Below, piece by piece: positions 26,826 to 32,000 of a DNA stretch of 32,000 bases. Location of the stretch: positions 1,033,603 to 1,065,602 of the forward strand of contig NZ_JACOQK010000001.1 of NCBI RefSeq assembly GCF_014297275.1, written 5' to 3'. Position numbers and translations under genes: made by a program. How positions within the stretch are numbered: position 1 is the first letter of the stretch; every line of letters begins with the position of its first letter. The DNA comes from Clostridium facile. GTDB lineage: Bacteria; Bacillota; Clostridia; Oscillospirales; Ruminococcaceae. Under the pieces are notes generated by a model. It was not told where the DNA came from and made no database searches. It worked only from the letters and a program-made list of their open reading frames with translations.

Positions 26826-27086
26826 TATAATATGTAAGAGGATTGCAGTAGGTATTCCTTGGTTTCTCCTATAGAGAGAACTATTTTTCGTATTCCTAAA
26901 ATAATAATATGTTTCGGTTTCTATTCGTAGGATCTTTTCTCTACATACCGTTTATCTTTAGCTTACCGAGAAAGGAATATAATTGATACATTTACTAAAT
27001 AGCCTTTTTCCTATAGAATAACATAGCTGCTGTACAATTGCCAAGGGAACGCCAAAACTTTTGATTTGGAAATGCTAATACCAAAT

Positions 27087-29999
27087 TTATTGAAATGGCT
27101 GTTCTATCTGCTGTTTTAAAAAGAGCAGGTTACGCAAACAAGAAAGGGTTTGTGGATCGGATTCCCCCAGCGTATCCCTGAGGATGAAAAAGGAGCGTTC
27201 CAGATAATCCAATGCTTTACAAAGCTTCCTTTGCATAAAGTAGGCATGGCCAATTTCATTGTAATCCACAGCGATTTCCGGATGCAGTTCTCCAAGGATA
27301 TGTTGATGAATCCGTAAGGCTTTTGGGTAAAAGCCAATCGCTTTATCATACAAACATTGGATTTCATATAAATCCCCAATTAAGATATATTCCTCTGCTA
27401 CCTCCATAGATTCTTCCCCAAAAGCCTTCTGGCTGGCACGTAAAGAGTTTTGGTAAGCTTCCAGCGCATTTGAATATTCCTTTTGGAGGCTGTAAAGATG
27501 ACCAATATTATGGAAAAGGGTTGTGATTGCCTGAATATTTTCTTTTGTCTGCCCTTGTTCGATTTGCAGGCATTTTTGATAACACTCCAACGCTTTGGCA
27601 TAATTTTTCTGGCAACTATATAAATAGGCGATTGCGTTATACACCATGGACACGTTAGTATCCTGTTCTCCATACAGGTTCTGGGTTACTTTTAGCGCTT
27701 TCTGATAATATTCCAACGCCTTTGGATATCGTTTCCAATCCTGGTACATTTGAGCAATATTGTTATAGTAGGTGACAATATTGGGATGGTTTTCCCCCAA
27801 CAATTCCAGCTCTATTTCCAGTGCTGTTTGAAAATACCTCACCGCATTTGGATAATCTCCCATACCATAATAGGCTCCACCAATATTGTTATAGATCGTT
27901 GCGGTGGATTTATGAAATCCTTCTGTAAGATTTTGGTCGATTTCCAACGCCTTTTGGTAATACTCCAATGCTGTAGTATATTCTCCTTTTCGATGGTGTA
28001 CCATTCCAATATTCAGATAATTGACAATAATATTGGGATGCTGTTCCCCAAAAACCCTGCGGTTGATTGCTAGCCCTTTTTGATAATATTCTAATGCTAG
28101 TCCTAATTTTTGTTGCCTGCTATAGACACCTCCAATGTTATGGTAACAGGCTGCGGTTTCTGGATGTTCTTCCCCCAGTATCTTCTGGTTGATTTGCAAC
28201 GCTTTCGTATAATATTCTAAAGCGGTTTCATTATCCCCAAAGATAACATAAATCGAACCCATATTATTGTATACCGATGCTGCTGTATGCCCCTTGGAAT
28301 ATTTTTCGTCCAAAGCAATCGCCTTCTGATAATATTCCAATGCTGCGGCATAATCCCCTTTTTCAAAATAAAGCAATCCAATATTTCCATAAATGGAATA
28401 CAGCCGCAGCTCTTCTTTTATTTTTTTCTGATGAATATTCAGTGCTTTATTGTAATATTCCAGTGCAACATCATACTGGCACAGGTATTGGTATACCATA
28501 CCAATATTTTCATACTCTGTAGCAACCTGCAAGCACTCTTCTCCTAAGGTGTTCCGGACAATTTGCAAGGATTTTTGGTAATACGCCAAAGCGTCCATAT
28601 ATTTGCCACAATCGCAGTATACTAGCCCCATACTATTGTAAACAGATGCAGTATACACATCCTCTTTTCCAACTGTTTGGAGAAAAATGTTAAGCGCTTT
28701 CTGATCATATTCCAACGCTTTTGGAAAGTTGGCTCCTTGGCGAAGCAATTCAGCGTACTTGAGGAAAAAATTAGCATATGCCACGTCATCTCCTTCAATC
28801 CGTTTCGCTACAGCGTCTCCAAACTGGGAAATCTCCTGTCTTTGCTGGCAGGTATCGCAGTAGGAACCTAGATAATCGAAAATTGCTTCCAGATAACACC
28901 AGCAGTCCTTGATGTTGGGGGTTAGGTCATTCTCTAGAATATCTGCCATCACAGGATGGAGGGAATAGTGGGTGTTTTCGTTCCGTACCCATCCACGGGC
29001 TACCAACTGTTTCAGTTGGGGTAGTTTGGTTGATTCCATCCCACACCATTTTAGGAACTGCTTCCCGTCCACACCAGTGTAAGGAACCAACAATAAATTC
29101 CTTAACAGATAAATTTGATCCTCCGACAGTTTCTCCCTGCTAATATCAAAAATAGCGCGTAAATGTTGGTACATACTTTTTTGGGATTGCTTTCCGTCCT
29201 TATTCAAGGGGATCACGGTATCCTGATGATCTTTGAGTTTTTCCCTTAGTTCCTCCAGCATTTCCGCCAGGGGGATTTCTTCCTCCCGTATCTGTTTTGC
29301 CAGAAGCTCCACCGTCATGGTGTGTCGATCCACCAGCTGAATCAATTCATCCAGTTGGGCAAGTTCATCCTCTGTAAAATCCGTGCTTCCGTAAGAATGA
29401 AAAAACACCTCCCTAGCCTGTTCCGATTCCAATGGCATCACCTTAACCTGCTGTTTCCCATACTGACTCCAATCATTCCGGGTAGTAAACAACAGATACC
29501 ATCCCATTGATTCCAGATCTTCCATCTCATCGGATTCTGTTTCATTGAAATTATCCACGATGAGTAAAACCCTTTGCTGGGCACACAATTGTTTTATCAC
29601 GGCCTTTTTTTGCAAATAATACTGTTCTAATTCTTCCGCTTTCGCTTTCGCTGGAATAGAAAAACCTCCCAAAGTTATCCCTAGAACAACATCCCGCAAA
29701 CTGGAAGCGTAATTTGCCCATACTACACTACCGTTCCACCGGGTGGCATATTGTTTGGCGAGCTCACTTTTCCCGATGCCGCCTATCCCCCAAAGAAATA
29801 CCGTCCTGCCTTCCTGGAATTTTTGTTCCAGTGTTTCCAACTCCTGTTCCCTGCCAACAAACCCTTCTTTCAGCGGGATGGCTGAGCAGAGGATACTGTA
29901 TTGTTTTTCCCCGTTGGGATGAAGATGGATATTGTATTCCGAAAGGTAGGTTGGCCCCTGGTTTTTCATCTCCTCAATCCGGATTCCGTCCTGTCCCAT
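27087..29999 (-). CDS. STAND-class (NB-ARC-like) NTPase with long C-terminal TPR array
   Basis: 970 aa: FVGREQELETLEQKFQEGRTVFLWGIGGIGKSELAKQYA (P-loop), RVLLIVDNFNE (Walker B), LLFTTRNDW (sensor); then many ~42-aa TPRs of the form YNNIGxxYxxxGxYxxALEYYQKALEIxxxxxGExHP. RBS GGAGG before ATG 29999. Confidence 0.88.
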   Translation of the reverse strand: MGQDGIRIEEMKNQGPTYLSEYNIHLHPNGEKQYSILCSAIPLKEGFVGREQELETLEQKFQEGRTVFLWGIGGIGKSELAKQYATRWNGSVVWANYASSLRDVVLGITLGGFSIPAKAKAEELEQYYLQKKAVIKQLCAQQRVLLIVDNFNETESDEMEDLESMGWYLLFTTRNDWSQYGKQQVKVMPLESEQAREVFFHSYGSTDFTEDELAQLDELIQLVDRHTMTVELLAKQIREEEIPLAEMLEELREKLKDHQDTVIPLNKDGKQSQKSMYQHLRAIFDISREKLSEDQIYLLRNLLLVPYTGVDGKQFLKWCGMESTKLPQLKQLVARGWVRNENTHYSLHPVMADILENDLTPNIKDCWCYLEAIFDYLGSYCDTCQQRQEISQFGDAVAKRIEGDDVAYANFFLKYAELLRQGANFPKALEYDQKALNIFLQTVGKEDVYTASVYNSMGLVYCDCGKYMDALAYYQKSLQIVRNTLGEECLQVATEYENIGMVYQYLCQYDVALEYYNKALNIHQKKIKEELRLYSIYGNIGLLYFEKGDYAAALEYYQKAIALDEKYSKGHTAASVYNNMGSIYVIFGDNETALEYYTKALQINQKILGEEHPETAACYHNIGGVYSRQQKLGLALEYYQKGLAINRRVFGEQHPNIIVNYLNIGMVHHRKGEYTTALEYYQKALEIDQNLTEGFHKSTATIYNNIGGAYYGMGDYPNAVRYFQTALEIELELLGENHPNIVTYYNNIAQMYQDWKRYPKALEYYQKALKVTQNLYGEQDTNVSMVYNAIAYLYSCQKNYAKALECYQKCLQIEQGQTKENIQAITTLFHNIGHLYSLQKEYSNALEAYQNSLRASQKAFGEESMEVAEEYILIGDLYEIQCLYDKAIGFYPKALRIHQHILGELHPEIAVDYNEIGHAYFMQRKLCKALDYLERSFFILRDTLGESDPQTLSCLRNLLFLKQQIEQPFQ

Positions 30000-30008
30000 A
30001 TAAACCTC

Positions 30009-30341
30009 CTATGATAGGCAAGAAGAAACAATTCCAATTAAATTTTTGATATTCTCTACTAATGTAGGAATTTTATCTGTAATAGCAACGGCGCACCCTA
30101 AACCTTCCACACATTTTTTGAGGATTTCCCATCTTGGCTTGGGCTTCATCAGTTCCGTATGAACAGTATCCACTGTTTCCACAATTGTTTTGGCCTCTTT
30201 CTCCGGAACGGCGGAAAGTTCCTTTTTAATGTTCTGAATAATCTTTTCCAATTCCTCGATTTTCATACTGTCCAAATGAACATAGATATCCCCTTCCGCT
30301 AAATAGGTCGGACCTTTATTTTCCATTTTGTTAATATACAT
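30009..30341 (-). CDS. Small protein in putative operon with the STAND NTPase
   Basis: MYINKMENKGPTYLAEGDIYVHLDSMKIEELEKIIQNIKKELSAVPEKEAKTIVETVDTVHTELMKPKPRWEILKKCVEGLGCAVAITDKIPTLVENIKNLIGIVSSCLS; ATG at 30341 preceded by GGGGGAG; stop is 9 bp before the NTPase start. ORF track start (30404) appears too far upstream. Confidence 0.75.
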   Translation of the reverse strand: MYINKMENKGPTYLAEGDIYVHLDSMKIEELEKIIQNIKKELSAVPEKEAKTIVETVDTVHTELMKPKPRWEILKKCVEGLGCAVAITDKIPTLVENIKNLIGIVSSCLS

Positions 30342-30540
30342 TCTAGCTCCCCCTTGTCCTGATTTTATCCATATTATACAACATGAATGGTTATAATACA
30401 ACAACTTTGTCTTATTTTTCCAACTTCTATCCCGAATAGTTGCTATAAATTTCTAATTGCATTTTGCTCTATGGTTTTTTGATAGATATTTTGACCTGTT
30501 CTAAATAAGGATACTACTTTTGGAAACTGCCGGATATAAT

Positions 30541-30573
30541 AAAAATAGCATCCCAAAAAAGGATGCTATTTTT
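30541..30573. terminator. Intrinsic terminator downstream of the LRR/SLH gene
   Basis: 13-bp perfect arms AAAAATAGCATCC / GGATGCTATTTTT, 7-nt loop. Confidence 0.85.
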
Positions 30574-30604
30574 ATGCTATATTGTCAGAGACTGTTTTTA
30601 AAAA

Positions 30605-32000
30605 TTATAGGCTATAGTATTCCATAAATCTCATAATCATCGTTGCTCCGGCCGCTCTTCCTGTTTGCCCTTGTGGGTCAATGACTGGCTGGTTGTTTTG
30701 CCCTTTGATGATACCGCAGCCCAGTGCCCATTCCATTGCTTCTTTGGAGAATGTACTTACCTGATTTCCGTCTTCATAATTGCCAATCGATGTTTTTTGG
30801 CTGGTGTCCAATCCTTTATACTGGGCGTATCGGTATAACATGGTTACAAACTGTTCTCTGGTAATCAATACCCCTACCCCAAATTCATTTGTATCCTGGT
30901 AGCCTGTTGTTATCCCAACTTGTTTTGCCCACAATACCGCATTCGTAAAATAAGCATTATCTGGTACATCTGAAAATATAGGCTCATAACTTATAGCTGG
31001 TTCCCCTTCCAAACGGTACAAGATGGTTACCAGATGGTCACGGGCCATACTTTCATTTGGTCCAAAAGTGGTCTCGTTAAACCCTGTCATTATGCCACGG
31101 TCATAGGTAAACCTTACAGCATCGTAACACCAATCATTTACAGAAACATCATTATATGGCAGGTCAATAGAAATAAAATCAATGCCTCTTTCTATTGCGA
31201 GTTTTTCTGCTGGACTACCAGATAATCCATAAATAGTTGATAAATTACTACATTCTTTAAATTCATTTTCTCCAATTATCGTATTTCCATTAAATTTAAC
31301 AGTCTTTAAATTATTACAACCATAAAATACACCATTAATAGATTGAATACTATTAGGTATAGTAAAAAACGTTAATCCATAGCATTCACGAAAAGCATTT
31401 GGTTCAATAGTAAGAATACTTTCTGATAATGACACAGATTTTAACCTATAACATTTTTCAAATGCAGAATTTCCAATTGTTTCTAAACCTTGTGGAAATT
31501 CAATGGACGATAAAGATATACAGTTTTTAAACGCACAATCACCAATCTTTTTTAAATTACATGGTAAATTAATATATTCCAAACTGGAACATCCAAAAAA
31601 GGCATATTCCCCCAAAATTTTAACAGTATCAGGAATTGAAATTGAAGTTATATTTTTGCATTCTCCAAAAGCATAACTAGAAATTTTAGTAATTCCATTA
31701 GGAATATTAATATCGCCAGATGCATTACCTGTTCCAAATAAAACTGTATTCAAAATAATATATGGATTTTCAATTCCCCATGGTGTATTTGTAAACGCTT
31801 GCAATTCAATTTTTTCAATAGTAGATGGAATATCTACATATACTAAATTAGAACAATTAACAAAGGCACCACTACCTATCGATTTAACATTACTTGGTAT
31901 ATCTATAGATTTTAAATTATTACAATAAGAAAAAGAACCAGATTGTATGTTAGTTAACTTTTTGGGCAGTGATATTGATTCAAAAGAACATCCGCTAAAA
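30605..32000 (-). CDS. BspA-type leucine-rich-repeat protein with C-terminal SLH domains, partial at right window edge
   Basis: LRR pattern ITKISSYAFGECKNITSISIPDTVKILGEYAFFGCSSLEYINLP..., SLH-like segments FSDVPDNAYFTNAVLWAKQVGITTGY and REQFVTMLYRYA. The frame stays open upstream of the ORF-track start: ...IPSNVKSIGSGAFVNCSNLVYVDIPSTIEKIELQAFTNTPW. Confidence 0.9.
   Translation of the reverse strand, partial: FSGCSFESISLPKKLTNIQSGSFSYCNNLKSIDIPSNVKSIGSGAFVNCSNLVYVDIPSTIEKIELQAFTNTPWGIENPYIILNTVLFGTGNASGDINIPNGITKISSYAFGECKNITSISIPDTVKILGEYAFFGCSSLEYINLPCNLKKIGDCAFKNCISLSSIEFPQGLETIGNSAFEKCYRLKSVSLSESILTIEPNAFRECYGLTFFTIPNSIQSINGVFYGCNNLKTVKFNGNTIIGENEFKECSNLSTIYGLSGSPAEKLAIERGIDFISIDLPYNDVSVNDWCYDAVRFTYDRGIMTGFNETTFGPNESMARDHLVTILYRLEGEPAISYEPIFSDVPDNAYFTNAVLWAKQVGITTGYQDTNEFGVGVLITREQFVTMLYRYAQYKGLDTSQKTSIGNYEDGNQVSTFSKEAMEWALGCGIIKGQNNQPVIDPQGQTGRAAGATMIMRFMEYYSL

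Overview
Low-GC Firmicutes/Clostridia-like window with a complete type I-C CRISPR-Cas locus on the minus strand: cas3, then a 221-bp gap, then cas5-cas8c-cas7-cas4-cas1-cas2, then a leader and a 12-repeat array. The main observation is in the cas3/cas5 gap. There, a predicted ~100-nt plus-strand RNA has an extended -10 promoter, starts at an isolated hairpin-shortened CRISPR repeat (GTCGCAATTTGCGTGGATTGAAAAT), carries a ~27-nt spacer-like segment, and ends in a strong intrinsic terminator. The first 18 nt of the spacer-like segment (TCTTATACTATCTTTAAC) match 16/18, with the first 11 contiguous, to the -10/spacer region of the predicted cas5-cas8c-cas7-cas4-cas1-cas2 promoter. That protospacer-like site lies next to a TTTTC run that could supply a PAM. 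This looks like a crRNA-like autorepressor that would direct Cascade to its own promoter. Other content includes a serine recombinase (partial), a DtxR/MntR-type regulator, a polysaccharide deacetylase, a GH106-like surface hydrolase, a DUF421 protein, an LTA-synthase-like sulfatase, a PcrA/UvrD helicase, a metallophosphoesterase, a SpoIVFA/SpoIVFB-like M23+M50 pair, a STAND/NB-ARC-TPR protein in an apparent operon with a small protein sharing its N-terminal motif, and a BspA-type LRR + SLH protein running off the right edge.
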